A stretch of 56,522 bases of DNA, from assembly GCA_050117845.1 (NCBI GenBank), contig JASFLY010000017.1:1-56522 (forward strand), in the 5' to 3' direction. The stretch comes from Candidatus Zixiibacteriota bacterium (lineage in GTDB: Bacteria; RBG-13-66-14; B26-G2; WVWN01). A program made the translations under genes and the position numbers. How positions within the stretch are numbered: the first letter of the stretch is position 1; the number at the start of each line of letters is the position of its first letter. Shown here piece by piece: positions 46,775-56,387 of this stretch. Under the pieces are notes generated by a model. The model saw only the letters and a list, made by a program, of their open reading frames with translations, was not told where the DNA came from and made no database searches.

Positions 46775-48169
46775 TTGACCCGGCGCCGGTATTATGATAA
46801 CTTTCACGAGTTAATATGCCGCTTTCGGCGGCTTTATATTTATATCGTGACCGGACTTTTTAAAAAGATACTCGGCCTCGGGCCGGTAAGCGCGGTGGTG
46901 TGCGCGGCGCTCGTAATGTCTTGCGGCGCGCCGACCGGCGACCCCGTGGGCTCGCCCGGCCCCGACCGGCCCCTTACCAAAGTAACCCTCTATCCCCCCG
47001 ACGTCGATTGGCGGGATACGTACTACGACGTATTCGTGCCGACGGGCCGGCATTACCGGCTGGCGGTCGGCAGCTACGGCGCCTCCGGCGAGCGTTTCCG
47101 CAGTCGGATGCTTTTGCGGTTCGAACTCGGCGACGTTCCGAAGAGGGTGCCCGTTTCCAAAATCGAGGCCGTACTTCTCAAACTCCCGTACTTGCGCGTC
47201 TCCGGGACGCTTAACGACGATATTTACGCCGACCCCAACGTGACGTTGGAGGCGAGGCCGCTCCACCGGGATTTCGACGAGGACCGGGCCACCTGGTGGC
47301 GGGCCACCCGCAAGGAGAACTGGACCGTCGAGGGCGGCGATTTCGGGCCGACGGTCGCGACGGCCGTCGTCGGCAAGCCGAGCTACCAGCGCGAGTTCGT
47401 AACGCTGGATATAACGCAACTCGGCATGGAATGGTTCTCCAACCCCTTCCGGAATTACGGCGTTATGCTCAAGGGCAGGGACGAGGAGCTGGGCCCCGGG
47501 ATCAAGGAGTTCTACTCCACCAATACCTACAGCAAGGTCGACCCTCCCCGCCTCGAGATAACCTACCTCAACGACGACGACGAGAAAACCTACGAGGTTA
47601 TTCTGCCGGAGAAGGACTGTTTTATAACCGATTACGAGGGCGAATTCGGCGGGGAAGAGGTCCACGGCTACGACGAGTACCTCGACTTCGGTTCGTTCAA
47701 CGGCTACGGCCGGCGAGTGTTGATCTACTTCGACCTGACGCCGGCGATATCGACGATCCCGGCCGACGCCTCCATCGCCCGGGCCAAGCTCCGGCTGTAT
47801 TACGTCCCGGCGAGCCGCGACGAGAGGGTGTACGTGGCGCTGTACCGCCTGACCGAAGCTTTCAGGGAAGGGGCGAAGCAGGACGAACTTGAGTTCCAGA
47901 AATACCACAACAACGTCGCCTATATCGACCGGGAGTTCAAAATCGGGGCTCCCGGCTACGTGGATTTATATATTAACCCGATGGTCCAGGAGTGGGTCTC
48001 GGGCAGCCACCTCAATTTCGGCCTGATGGTAAAGGCGCCCGACGAGGGCAAAGCCCAGGCTTTCCCGCGCTTCGGTTCGCGCGACAACGGCCAGACGGAC
48101 CGCCGGCCCTACCTCGAAATAGAATATACGGTGCCGGCCGACCCGTGGTATACGTCTCCCGGTGAATAG
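46775..48169 (+). CDS. putative lipoprotein with two repeated ~150-aa domains (DNRLRE/CBM-like, tentative)
   Basis: A probable later start (GTG ~46847) gives signal/lipobox KKILGLGPVSAVVCAALVMSC. Two repeats end ...GVMLKGRDEE...PPRLEITY and ...GLMVKAPDEG...RRPYLEIEY. Confidence 0.4.
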   Translation: MTRRRYYDNFHELICRFRRLYIYIVTGLFKKILGLGPVSAVVCAALVMSCGAPTGDPVGSPGPDRPLTKVTLYPPDVDWRDTYYDVFVPTGRHYRLAVGSYGASGERFRSRMLLRFELGDVPKRVPVSKIEAVLLKLPYLRVSGTLNDDIYADPNVTLEARPLHRDFDEDRATWWRATRKENWTVEGGDFGPTVATAVVGKPSYQREFVTLDITQLGMEWFSNPFRNYGVMLKGRDEELGPGIKEFYSTNTYSKVDPPRLEITYLNDDDEKTYEVILPEKDCFITDYEGEFGGEEVHGYDEYLDFGSFNGYGRRVLIYFDLTPAISTIPADASIARAKLRLYYVPASRDERVYVALYRLTEAFREGAKQDELEFQKYHNNVAYIDREFKIGAPGYVDLYINPMVQEWVSGSHLNFGLMVKAPDEGKAQAFPRFGSRDNGQTDRRPYLEIEYTVPADPWYTSPGE

Positions 48170-48195
48170 TGATAGTTAAAGTAATATCTTCGCAT

Positions 48196-49389
48196 ATGCG
48201 TTATATGGCGCTGTTATCCTTGGGGATAGCGCTGGTCGTTGCGTCGGCCGGGGCCAATTCGATATTGTCCGAAGGGACGCCCGGCGACCCCGGGGCCGGC
48301 GTGGACGCCCGCGCCGTCGGGATGGGCGGCGCGGCCCTGGGCATCTTCGACGGGAGCAACGTCAACGCCCTCAATCCGGCTGTTCCGGCCTCGTACGAGC
48401 GGGCCGTATTCAACCTCACGCTGATACGGGGCTACAATTCATACGAGACCGAACAGGGCAAAAGCGTCGAGGTCTCGTACGACATCCCCCGGGCGGAATT
48501 GACGATTCCGGTGTCGCGCGTCCTCGCGACGACCATATCTTTCTCGCAGGAGCTTAATCAGAATTACGAATACACCAGGCCGCTGGAAGCGGAGGGCAAC
48601 ACAATCGGCACCAGCCGCGTCCGGCGCCAGGGTTCGCTGTATACGTTCTCGCTCGGCCTCGCCGGCCGTCTGGGCGAGAAGTGGTACGTCGGCGGGGCGG
48701 TAGGTTACGACTTCGGCGCGCCCAAGGAAATCTTCACCAAGGAGTTCAAGGAGAAAGGCTATTCCAAGGTAGAGGAAAACCTCGAGGCCGCGTACAAGGG
48801 CGTCAGGGGGACGGTCGGCGCCGGGTGCTTGCTTACCGATAGACTTTCGGTCGGGGCGACGGCCGAAGTGTTCAGTAAGCACCGCGTGGACGAAACCATC
48901 TTCACGGAGTACGCGACGCTATACGAGAACGAGTACGATTTTACGATGCCCTGGTCCGCGGGCGCGGGCGCGGCGTACATAATCGGGCCGCGGGGCCGCT
49001 TGGCCGCCGACGTCCGATATACCGGGTGGTCCGGCTTCGCCGTGGACGGCGAGGGTCGGAGATACCGGGACACGCTCGAGTTCCACGCCGGCGTCGAGGG
49101 ACGCATATCCTCGGCCAACCGTGGCTTTTTCCTCTGGCGGATGCCGTACCGCGCGGGCGCGTTCTATGTCCCGTGGTACGCGACGGACCGGGGCGAATTC
49201 TCGAAGGTCGGGTTCTCGGTGGGCGCCGGGTACCTCTTCGCCAACAACGAGAACAGCCGCCTGGACTTCGCCCTCGAGGTGGGCCGACGGGGCGACCTCG
49301 CTTCGGCCGGCATACAGGAACAAACGTTGGACTTTTATATATCCGTGGTGGGGCTTGAAACCTGGTTCGGGAAGCGCGAGGAAGATTGA
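48196..49389 (+). CDS. hypothetical outer-membrane beta-barrel protein
   Basis: Signal peptide MRYMALLSLGIALVVASAGA. Alternating amphipathic beta-strand pattern rich in G/Y/F with aromatic C-terminal region (GLETWF). The track ORF starts at 48169. Confidence 0.35.
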   Translation: MRYMALLSLGIALVVASAGANSILSEGTPGDPGAGVDARAVGMGGAALGIFDGSNVNALNPAVPASYERAVFNLTLIRGYNSYETEQGKSVEVSYDIPRAELTIPVSRVLATTISFSQELNQNYEYTRPLEAEGNTIGTSRVRRQGSLYTFSLGLAGRLGEKWYVGGAVGYDFGAPKEIFTKEFKEKGYSKVEENLEAAYKGVRGTVGAGCLLTDRLSVGATAEVFSKHRVDETIFTEYATLYENEYDFTMPWSAGAGAAYIIGPRGRLAADVRYTGWSGFAVDGEGRRYRDTLEFHAGVEGRISSANRGFFLWRMPYRAGAFYVPWYATDRGEFSKVGFSVGAGYLFANNENSRLDFALEVGRRGDLASAGIQEQTLDFYISVVGLETWFGKREED

Positions 49390-49426
49390 GCCGGGGGCGT
49401 AGGGCCCAAAAGGAGCGAGTAATATT

Positions 49427-49966
49427 ATGCGTATAAAAACGATCCTGGGCGTGGTTTTGGCGGTCGCGATGCTAACGCCGGCCGTCCTGCGCGCCGACGA
49501 CGAAGAAGTTTTCAAGTACGCGTACGTCAATATGGAACGCCTTATCGACGAATACGTGCTGTTCGCGGAAGCGGAGAAAGAGGCCGAGGCGAAGATAGAC
49601 GCCGCCCGCGTGGGAGACGCCGACAAGCTGGCCGCTTACCAGACACAGGTGGACGCCCTGGAGGAGAAACTCGCCGGGCCGCTCACTCCCGAAGCCAAGG
49701 AAGAGACGATGGCGGAATACAAGGCCGTCGTGCAGGAGGCCCTCGATTTCCGGAACGGCGTTCTGGCCAGTTACAAGCAGATCGAGCGCGACGCGTTTGA
49801 AACCGTATACAAGAACGTTTACGAGAAAATCGAATCGTACGCGATAAAAAACGATTACGAGGTCGTTTTCGATTATTCCGCAATCCTCCTTTACGCGAAC
49901 GAGAAATTCGACATCACCGAAGATATCATCACGGAATTGAACGAAGAGGCGGGCATCGAAAATTAA
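49427..49966 (+). CDS. skp: OmpH/Skp family periplasmic chaperone
   Basis: Signal peptide. Acidic coiled-coil ~160 aa with KYAYVNMERLIDEY start typical of Skp. Directly upstream of lpxD, as in many Gram-negatives. Confidence 0.7.
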   Translation: MRIKTILGVVLAVAMLTPAVLRADDEEVFKYAYVNMERLIDEYVLFAEAEKEAEAKIDAARVGDADKLAAYQTQVDALEEKLAGPLTPEAKEETMAEYKAVVQEALDFRNGVLASYKQIERDAFETVYKNVYEKIESYAIKNDYEVVFDYSAILLYANEKFDITEDIITELNEEAGIEN

Positions 49967-49990
49967 TGCCCGCGAACGGGGCGACTGGTA

Positions 49991-51025
49991 ATGCCGGAAT
50001 ATACGGTCGATGAACTCGCGGCCGCGGTCGGCGGCGAAGTCGTGGGCGACGGCAGTGCCGTCATAACGGGCGTCAACGGCATAGAGGACGCCGGCCCCGG
50101 CGAAGCCGCCTTCATCGCGAACCCCAAATACCGGTCCGCCCTGCGGGACACCCGCGCCTCGGTCGTGATAGTGAGCCCGGACGTCGAGGCCGCGAACGTA
50201 ACGCTGATACGCGTACCCCACCCGTACCCGGCCTTCGCCCGTGTCATCACCATGTTCGCCCCCGCGCCGGAAGTCCCGACCGGCGTCTCGGAACTCGCCC
50301 ATATTCATGAAGATGCGCAAATCGGCGAAGGCGCCGGCGTGGGGCCGTTCGCCGTCGTGCGCGAGGGCGCGAAGGTGGGCGCGCGGACGACCATCGGCTC
50401 CGGGACGTACGTCGGCTCGGGCGCCGTCGTGGGCGAGGACTGCCTGCTCTATCCGGGCGTAACGCTGCGGGAATACGTCCGGGTCGGCGACCGTTGCATT
50501 ATCCACTCCGGTACGGTCGTCGGTTCCGACGGCTTCGGCTTCGCCACCGAGGGCACGGTTCACCATAAAATCCCCCAAATAGGGACCGTGGTCGTCGAGG
50601 ACGACGTCGAAATCGGCGCCAACTGCGCCATCGACCGGGCGACGATGGGGGAGACGCGCATAGGCCGCGGGTCAAAGCTCGACAACCTCATCCAGGTGGC
50701 CCATAACGTCAAAATAGGCGCGGGGACGCTCATCGCCGCTCAGACGGGCATCTCCGGCTCCACCACCATCGGCGACTACTGCGTCTTCGGCGGCCAGGTG
50801 GGCGTGGTGGGGCATATTCGCATCGAGGACCACGCCATCATAGCGGCTCAGAGCGGCGTTACGAAGTCGGTGAAGAGCGGCGTAACGCTCTTCGGCCGGC
50901 CCGCCCGGCCCATCATCGAGGTTAAAAAACGCGAGGGGCGCGTCGCCCTTCTCGGTAAGTACTTCGGCCGCGTTAAGGAACTCGAGCGGGAAGTGGAAGA
51001 GATTAAAAAGAAACTCAAGGACTGA
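49991..51025 (+). CDS. lpxD: UDP-3-O-(3-hydroxyacyl)glucosamine N-acyltransferase
   Basis: The N-terminal LpxD-type domain is followed by left-handed beta-helix hexapeptide repeats. 344 aa. Confidence 0.9.
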   Translation: MPEYTVDELAAAVGGEVVGDGSAVITGVNGIEDAGPGEAAFIANPKYRSALRDTRASVVIVSPDVEAANVTLIRVPHPYPAFARVITMFAPAPEVPTGVSELAHIHEDAQIGEGAGVGPFAVVREGAKVGARTTIGSGTYVGSGAVVGEDCLLYPGVTLREYVRVGDRCIIHSGTVVGSDGFGFATEGTVHHKIPQIGTVVVEDDVEIGANCAIDRATMGETRIGRGSKLDNLIQVAHNVKIGAGTLIAAQTGISGSTTIGDYCVFGGQVGVVGHIRIEDHAIIAAQSGVTKSVKSGVTLFGRPARPIIEVKKREGRVALLGKYFGRVKELEREVEEIKKKLKD

Positions 51026-51028
51026 CGC

Positions 51029-52363
51029 ATGGCCGACGACGGCATACAAGCGACCATAGGCAAGGACGTAACGCTGGACGGCGTGGGCCTCCACACCGGC
51101 GAGGCCGCCCGGGTGGTATTCAAACCCGCGCCCCCGGACACCGGCATCGTCTTCGAACGGGTGGACCTGGAGGGCAGGCCGCGAGTCCGGGCCCGCGTCG
51201 AGAACGTCACCGGCGCCAGCCGCGGCACGACCGTGACCGAAGGGGACGTTTCGGTCCACACCGTGGAGCACCTCTGCGCCGCGGCGACGGGCCTCGGCAT
51301 CGACAACCTCCTCGTCGAGATAAGCGGCCCGGAGCCCCCCGCCACCGACGGCTCGAGCGCCGTCTTCGCGCGGGCGTTGCTCGAGGCCGGGGTCGCGCCC
51401 CAGGGCGTACCGCGGAAAGTCATCACGCTGGACCAGCCGTTCGACTACAAGCAGGACGGCGCCGAGATGACCATCGTTCCGGAGGACAAACTCCGGATAT
51501 CGTTCACCATAAAATTCGACCACCCCTACCTGAAATCGCAGTTCTACACTTTCGACGTCGGCGACGACAATTTCGTCGACGAGATAGCGCCCGCCCGGAC
51601 CTTTGCGCTCGAGAGCGAAATAGAGATGCTCCGCCGGGCAGGCCTTATAAAGGGAGGAAGTTTGGAGTGCGCCGTCGTCGTCGGCGACAAGGGGCCGCTT
51701 AACCCGGACGGCTTCCGCTTCGACGACGAACCGGTACGGCATAAAATACTGGACTTGATCGGCGATTTGACGTTGTTCGGCGCCCGGTTCCACGGCCACA
51801 TCATCGCGATGCGTTCGGGCCACGCGGTCAACGTCGGCATGATAAGGAGCGTGAAACGCTATATGGAACGGAAGAGGGGCGTCCCGTCGGTTGAACCGTC
51901 CCAGTCGCTTTTCGACATTAACTACATAATGAAGTGCTTACCGCACCGGTACCCGTTTCTTTTAGTGGACCGAATCGTCGATTACAGCCCCGGCGAGTAC
52001 ATCATCGGAATCAAGAACGTTACGATAAACGAGCCTTTCTTCAACGGCCATTTCCCCGGGGCGCCGGTAATGCCGGGCGTCCTTATTATCGAGGCCATGG
52101 GCCAGGTGGGCGGCGTTCTCCTTATGCAGACGGTGGAGAACCCGGAGGATAAGCTGATTTACTTAATCGGTTTGGACAAGGTGAAGTTGCGCCGGCCCGT
52201 GATGCCCGGAGACCAGCTGGTCTTTAAACTCGTGCCCACCAAGTTCAAGGGGCGCATCGGCGTAATGCGCGGCCAGGCGTTCGTGGGTGATAACGTCGTG
52301 GCCGAGGGCGAATTCAAGGCCTGTCTGGTGGAAAAGAACGGCGTCGAAGATAAAGCGCCCTAA
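51029..52363 (+). CDS. lpxC/fabZ: bifunctional UDP-3-O-acyl-N-acetylglucosamine deacetylase / 3-hydroxyacyl-ACP dehydratase (LpxC-FabZ fusion)
   Basis: LpxC N-terminal part (TLDGVGLHTGE...HTVEHL...) continues without a stop into the FabZ hotdog domain (LPHRYPFLLVDRIVDY...INEPFFNGHFPGAPVMPGVL). Confidence 0.9.
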   Translation: MADDGIQATIGKDVTLDGVGLHTGEAARVVFKPAPPDTGIVFERVDLEGRPRVRARVENVTGASRGTTVTEGDVSVHTVEHLCAAATGLGIDNLLVEISGPEPPATDGSSAVFARALLEAGVAPQGVPRKVITLDQPFDYKQDGAEMTIVPEDKLRISFTIKFDHPYLKSQFYTFDVGDDNFVDEIAPARTFALESEIEMLRRAGLIKGGSLECAVVVGDKGPLNPDGFRFDDEPVRHKILDLIGDLTLFGARFHGHIIAMRSGHAVNVGMIRSVKRYMERKRGVPSVEPSQSLFDINYIMKCLPHRYPFLLVDRIVDYSPGEYIIGIKNVTINEPFFNGHFPGAPVMPGVLIIEAMGQVGGVLLMQTVENPEDKLIYLIGLDKVKLRRPVMPGDQLVFKLVPTKFKGRIGVMRGQAFVGDNVVAEGEFKACLVEKNGVEDKAP

Positions 52364-52472
52364 CGCGTTGAGAGTTTGTGGATAACTGCGCGCCGGAAGC
52401 GGTACAATATTAATAATCAGGCGGATACGGGCCTAAGTTAAAGTTAATAATAGGTTAAAAGGTGCCTACGCA

Positions 52473-53246
52473 ATGGCGGGAATACACGAAACGGCGATAA
52501 TCGACGGCCGGGCCGAACTGGCCGCGGGCGTCGAGGTCGGGCCCTACACCGTTATCGAAGGGCCCGTCGTTATAGGCGCGGATACCGTGATAGGCCCCCA
52601 CGTTTACATACAGGGGAGCGTGACGCTGGGCGAGCGGTGTTTGGTATTCTCGCACGCCGCCATCGGCGCGATTCCCCAGGACCTGAAATTCGAGGGGGAG
52701 GAGTCGACCGTCAGCATCGGCGACGGGACGACGATCCGCGAGTTCGTGACGGTGAACCGGGGGACCAAGGCCGCGGGCACGACGCGCATCGGCAAAAACT
52801 GCCTCCTCATGACGGAGGCCCACGTGGCCCACGATTGTATCCTCGGCGAAAACGTCGCGCTGGCCAATACGGTCGCGCTGGCGGGCCACGTGGAGGTGGA
52901 AGACCAGGCTTTCATCGGCGGCCTCTCCGCGGTGCACCAGTTCTCGCGCATCGGGAAACACGCCTACATCGGCGGGATGAGCCGTGTCAGCCAGGACATC
53001 ATCCCGTACGCGCTGGTCGCGAGCGAGCCCACCCGCATCGCCGGCATCAACGTCATCGGCCTCCAGCGCCGCGGCTTCTCCGAAGAGGCGCGCCACGCCC
53101 TCAAACGAGCGTACGCCATCCTGTACCGGGAGAAATTAAATACGGCACAAGCGCTCGAGAAACTAAAGGAAGAACTCGGGGACGTGGCGGAAGTCCGGGA
53201 TATAATCGAGTTCGTCGAGAAATCCGAACGGGGAATACTCAAATAG
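52473..53246 (+). CDS. lpxA: acyl-ACP--UDP-N-acetylglucosamine O-acyltransferase
   Basis: IHETAIIDGRAELAAGVEVGPYTVIEG hexapeptide repeats plus the C-terminal alpha-helical LpxA domain. 257 aa. Confidence 0.9.
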   Translation: MAGIHETAIIDGRAELAAGVEVGPYTVIEGPVVIGADTVIGPHVYIQGSVTLGERCLVFSHAAIGAIPQDLKFEGEESTVSIGDGTTIREFVTVNRGTKAAGTTRIGKNCLLMTEAHVAHDCILGENVALANTVALAGHVEVEDQAFIGGLSAVHQFSRIGKHAYIGGMSRVSQDIIPYALVASEPTRIAGINVIGLQRRGFSEEARHALKRAYAILYREKLNTAQALEKLKEELGDVAEVRDIIEFVEKSERGILK

Positions 53247-53253
53247 CGTAGAC

Positions 53254-54084
53254 ATGGAAGAGCTGGACGGAAAGATAGGCATAATCGCCGGCTCGGGCCA
53301 GATGCCCGTGCTCGTGGCGGAAGAGGTCATTTCCCGGCACCCCGAGGGCGTCGCCGGCGTCTTCGCCGTATGCATCACGGACGAGGCGGAGCGCCGCCTC
53401 AAGGACCGCATCCAGGTCGAGCGGGTGGCCCTGGGGCAGGCGGGCCGCGCCATCAAACTCCTCAAGAAGAACGGGGTCAAGTACTGCGTCTTCGCGGGGA
53501 AGGTGGAGAAGGCGCCGGTACTGGCCGGCCTCAAGTTCGACGCCCGGGCGATTAAAATACTGGCCCGCGTTCGCGACTTCACCGACGACGAGCTTATGGG
53601 CGAACTCGTCCGCGAACTCGAGGGCGAGGGCTTCGACGTTATCGCCCAGACCGAAGTGCTGGAGCGGTACGTCGTCCGGCCCCGGGCGTACACGAAGCGG
53701 AAGCCCACCAAGAAGGAACGGGAGGACATCGCCTTCGGCCTGGAGAAGGCCCGCGGCCTGGCGGCCCTGAGTATCGGCCAGACGGTCGTCGTGCGGAACC
53801 GCGCGGTCTACGCAGCCGAGGCGCTGGAGGGCACCGACGAGGCCATAAAGCGCGGCGCGAAATTGGCCGGGGGCAAGGGGGGCGTAGTCGTAAAGGCCAT
53901 GAAGCCGGGGCAGGACCTTCGCTTCGACATCCCCACGGTCGGCCTGGCGACCCTGCGGCTCGTTATCTCCGGGGGACTAAAAGTCCTGGCGCTGGAAGCG
54001 GGGACGTCGTTTCTCATAGACCAGGAAGAAGTGATAGCCGCCGCGGACGGCGGCAAGATAAGCATCGTCGGCGTGGGGGACTGA
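53254..54084 (+). CDS. lpxI: UDP-2,3-diacylglucosamine pyrophosphatase LpxI family (DUF1009)
   Basis: KIGIIAGSGQMPVLVAEE N-terminus and ~276-aa size. Sits in lipid A cluster context in place of lpxH. Confidence 0.75.
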   Translation: MEELDGKIGIIAGSGQMPVLVAEEVISRHPEGVAGVFAVCITDEAERRLKDRIQVERVALGQAGRAIKLLKKNGVKYCVFAGKVEKAPVLAGLKFDARAIKILARVRDFTDDELMGELVRELEGEGFDVIAQTEVLERYVVRPRAYTKRKPTKKEREDIAFGLEKARGLAALSIGQTVVVRNRAVYAAEALEGTDEAIKRGAKLAGGKGGVVVKAMKPGQDLRFDIPTVGLATLRLVISGGLKVLALEAGTSFLIDQEEVIAAADGGKISIVGVGD

Positions 54085-54089
54085 GAGCC

Positions 54090-54674
54090 GTGGACGTTAC
54101 CCGTCTGGTCGTGGGGCCGCTGGCGACGAATTGCTACATCCTGGCGGCCGGGGACAAGCGCGTCATTATCGACGCCGGGGCCGGGGCGGAGGAGATCCGG
54201 GCCGCCCTCGGCGGCGGCGAGGTCCTGGCGATAATCGCGACCCACGGCCATAACGACCACGTCGACGCCGTCGATTCTCTCGTCGCGCTTACGGGGGCGC
54301 CGTTCATGGTTCCCGCGGCCGACGCGGCCCTCGCCGGCCGTTCGGTAGAAACTAGCGCCGCGACGCTCCTCGAAGACGGCGCGACGCTCGATTTCCCCGG
54401 CATATCGCTCGACGTTATCGCCACCCCCGGCCACACGCCGGGGTGCGTTTGTCTTTACGCCCCGCCGCTGCTCTTCTCGGGCGACACGCTTTTCGCCGGT
54501 GGCGTGGGCCGTTTCGACCTGCCCGGCGGCTCGTCGGACGCGCTCTTCGATTCCATCAAGGAACGGATTTTCGTCCTGCCGGACGAGACCGACGTCCTCC
54601 CGGGCCACGGGCCGGCGACGACGGTGGGGCGGGAGAAGAGGTCGAATCCCTTCTTCTCGTCGGCATGGGTATGA
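54090..54674 (+). CDS. MBL-fold metallo-hydrolase (second paralog)
   Basis: ATHGHNDHVDA HxHxDH motif. The C-terminal ...PGHGPATTVGREKRSNPFF parallels 2215..2865. Confidence 0.7.
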   Translation: MDVTRLVVGPLATNCYILAAGDKRVIIDAGAGAEEIRAALGGGEVLAIIATHGHNDHVDAVDSLVALTGAPFMVPAADAALAGRSVETSAATLLEDGATLDFPGISLDVIATPGHTPGCVCLYAPPLLFSGDTLFAGGVGRFDLPGGSSDALFDSIKERIFVLPDETDVLPGHGPATTVGREKRSNPFFSSAWV

Positions 54675-55627
54675 ACGGTAACGTAGATACCGGTTCCGGC
54701 GCCCCCGGCCTTTCTACCGACGGGGCCGTAGCGCTCCGCGGTTTCAAGGCCTACCTGGTGGCCGAATGCGGCCTGGCCGAAAACACCGTGGCCGCGTACC
54801 TCCGCGACGTCGAGGACTTCGTCGCGTTCCACCCGGAATTCAAAGGGGCCGAGTTGGCCGACGTCGTGGCGTACGTGCGGAAACTCTCGGCGGCGGGGGC
54901 GGCGGCCTCGTCGCTTTCACGGCGTCTTTCGTCGCTCCGCGTTTTTTACCGCCACCTCCAGGACGAGGGCGAGGTAAAAAAGTCGCCGCTGGAGTTCGTG
55001 GCGTCGCCCAAGAAGCCGGCGCGCCTGCCGGACTACCTTCACATCTCCGAGGTCGAGGCGGTAATAAACGCCGCGGCGGCGCGGCTCGCGGCGGAGGAGA
55101 GGGCGGGGGCTTCCCCCCGGCGTATACGGCGCGTCGCCCGGGACGCGGCTCTCCTCGCGCTGGCGTACGCCTGCGGCCTGCGGGCCAGCGAACTCGTCGG
55201 CCTGCGGCGGGCCGACGTCGACTTGAAGCTGGGCCTATTGCGCGTGCGGGGAAAGGGCGGAAAGGAACGGCTGGTGCCCTTCGGCCCGGTCGCCCGGGAG
55301 CATATCGCCAAATTCCTACGTCTGGAGGAGGGCGGGGCCGGGAGCGATTCGGCGTTTCTCTTCCCTTCCGACCGGCGGCCGGGTCCCGTGAGCCGGCAGT
55401 ATTTATGGAAGGTGGTAAAGGAATACGCCGCCCTGGCGGGGGTCCCCGGCGTTAAGCCTCACCTTTTCCGCCATACCTTCGCGACGCATTTAATCCAGGC
55501 CGGGGCGGACGTCCGCACGGTCCAGGAGCTGTTGGGCCACGCCAACATAACGACCACGCAGATATACGCCCACCTGGATACGAAGAGCCTTAAGGAATTT
55601 CACGAGCGCTTTCACCCGAGGAAGTAA
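54665..55627 (+). CDS. site-specific tyrosine recombinase XerC/XerD family
   Basis: N-terminal SAM-like core-binding domain, then the catalytic R...HxxR...Y motifs (LRASELVGLRRADVD ... HLFRHTFATHL ... TQIYAHL). The ATG overlaps the MBL stop. Confidence 0.85.
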   Translation: MGMNGNVDTGSGAPGLSTDGAVALRGFKAYLVAECGLAENTVAAYLRDVEDFVAFHPEFKGAELADVVAYVRKLSAAGAAASSLSRRLSSLRVFYRHLQDEGEVKKSPLEFVASPKKPARLPDYLHISEVEAVINAAAARLAAEERAGASPRRIRRVARDAALLALAYACGLRASELVGLRRADVDLKLGLLRVRGKGGKERLVPFGPVAREHIAKFLRLEEGGAGSDSAFLFPSDRRPGPVSRQYLWKVVKEYAALAGVPGVKPHLFRHTFATHLIQAGADVRTVQELLGHANITTTQIYAHLDTKSLKEFHERFHPRK

Positions 55628-55630
55628 ATC

Positions 55631-56344
55631 ATGTTCACTGCCGATTGGTGGTTCGATAAATTGTACCTGGCGCCGGGCATATTGTTCGGCCTCGTCGTCC
55701 ACGAGGTATCCCACGGTTTCGCGGCGTATCGGATGGGCGACCCCACCGCCAAACGCGCCGGCCGCCTCAGTTTCAACCCCTTAAAGCACCTGGACCTTTT
55801 GGGCACGGCGGCGCTGTTCCTGTTCCGCTTCGGCTGGGCCAAGCCCGTACCGGTGGACAGCCGGAACTTCCGCGACCCGCGCAAGGGCATTTTGGTAACG
55901 TCCCTCGCGGGGCCGGTGTCGAACCTCGTCCTGGGTCTCATCTTCGGCGTGGTGCTGGGGGCGATTTTCTCGTACGCGCTGAAGACGCCCGCGGCGTTCT
56001 CTTCCTCGTGGCTGCGGCTGTTGTACTTCGTACTCTTCAACGCCGTCTATATCAACTTCGTCCTCGCCATCTTTAATATGTTGCCGGTACCGCCGCTCGA
56101 CGGGTCGAACGTCCTGTGGTCGATTCTGCCCCGCAACGCGGCGGTATCCTACGGCCGCTTCGTGGCGAAATACGGCAGGCCGATAGTGATCGTTTTCTTC
56201 CTGGCGCTCGCGTTCGGCCCATCGGTCGGCGTTCCCGTTTTCCAGTGGGTGCTAATGCCGCCGATGAAATTCCTCGTACGCGTGGCCACCGGGTATTCGC
56301 TAAACGAACTCTGGTATTTCTATAACGCTCTCATCTCTTTATAG
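55631..56344 (+). CDS. site-2 protease family (M50) membrane metalloprotease
   Basis: HEVSHG (HExxH) lies in the first TM region. A second motif, LPPLDG, is present. Polytopic. Confidence 0.7.
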   Translation: MFTADWWFDKLYLAPGILFGLVVHEVSHGFAAYRMGDPTAKRAGRLSFNPLKHLDLLGTAALFLFRFGWAKPVPVDSRNFRDPRKGILVTSLAGPVSNLVLGLIFGVVLGAIFSYALKTPAAFSSSWLRLLYFVLFNAVYINFVLAIFNMLPVPPLDGSNVLWSILPRNAAVSYGRFVAKYGRPIVIVFFLALAFGPSVGVPVFQWVLMPPMKFLVRVATGYSLNELWYFYNALISL

Positions 56345-56366
56345 CGCCCCGCGACCAAGTAAAAAA

Positions 56367-56387
56367 CCGCCCGTTAAGGGCGGTTTT
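56367..56387 (+). terminator. rho-independent terminator
   Basis: CCGCCC-GTTAA-GGGCGG hairpin followed by a T4 tract and preceded by an A6 tract. Confidence 0.5.
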
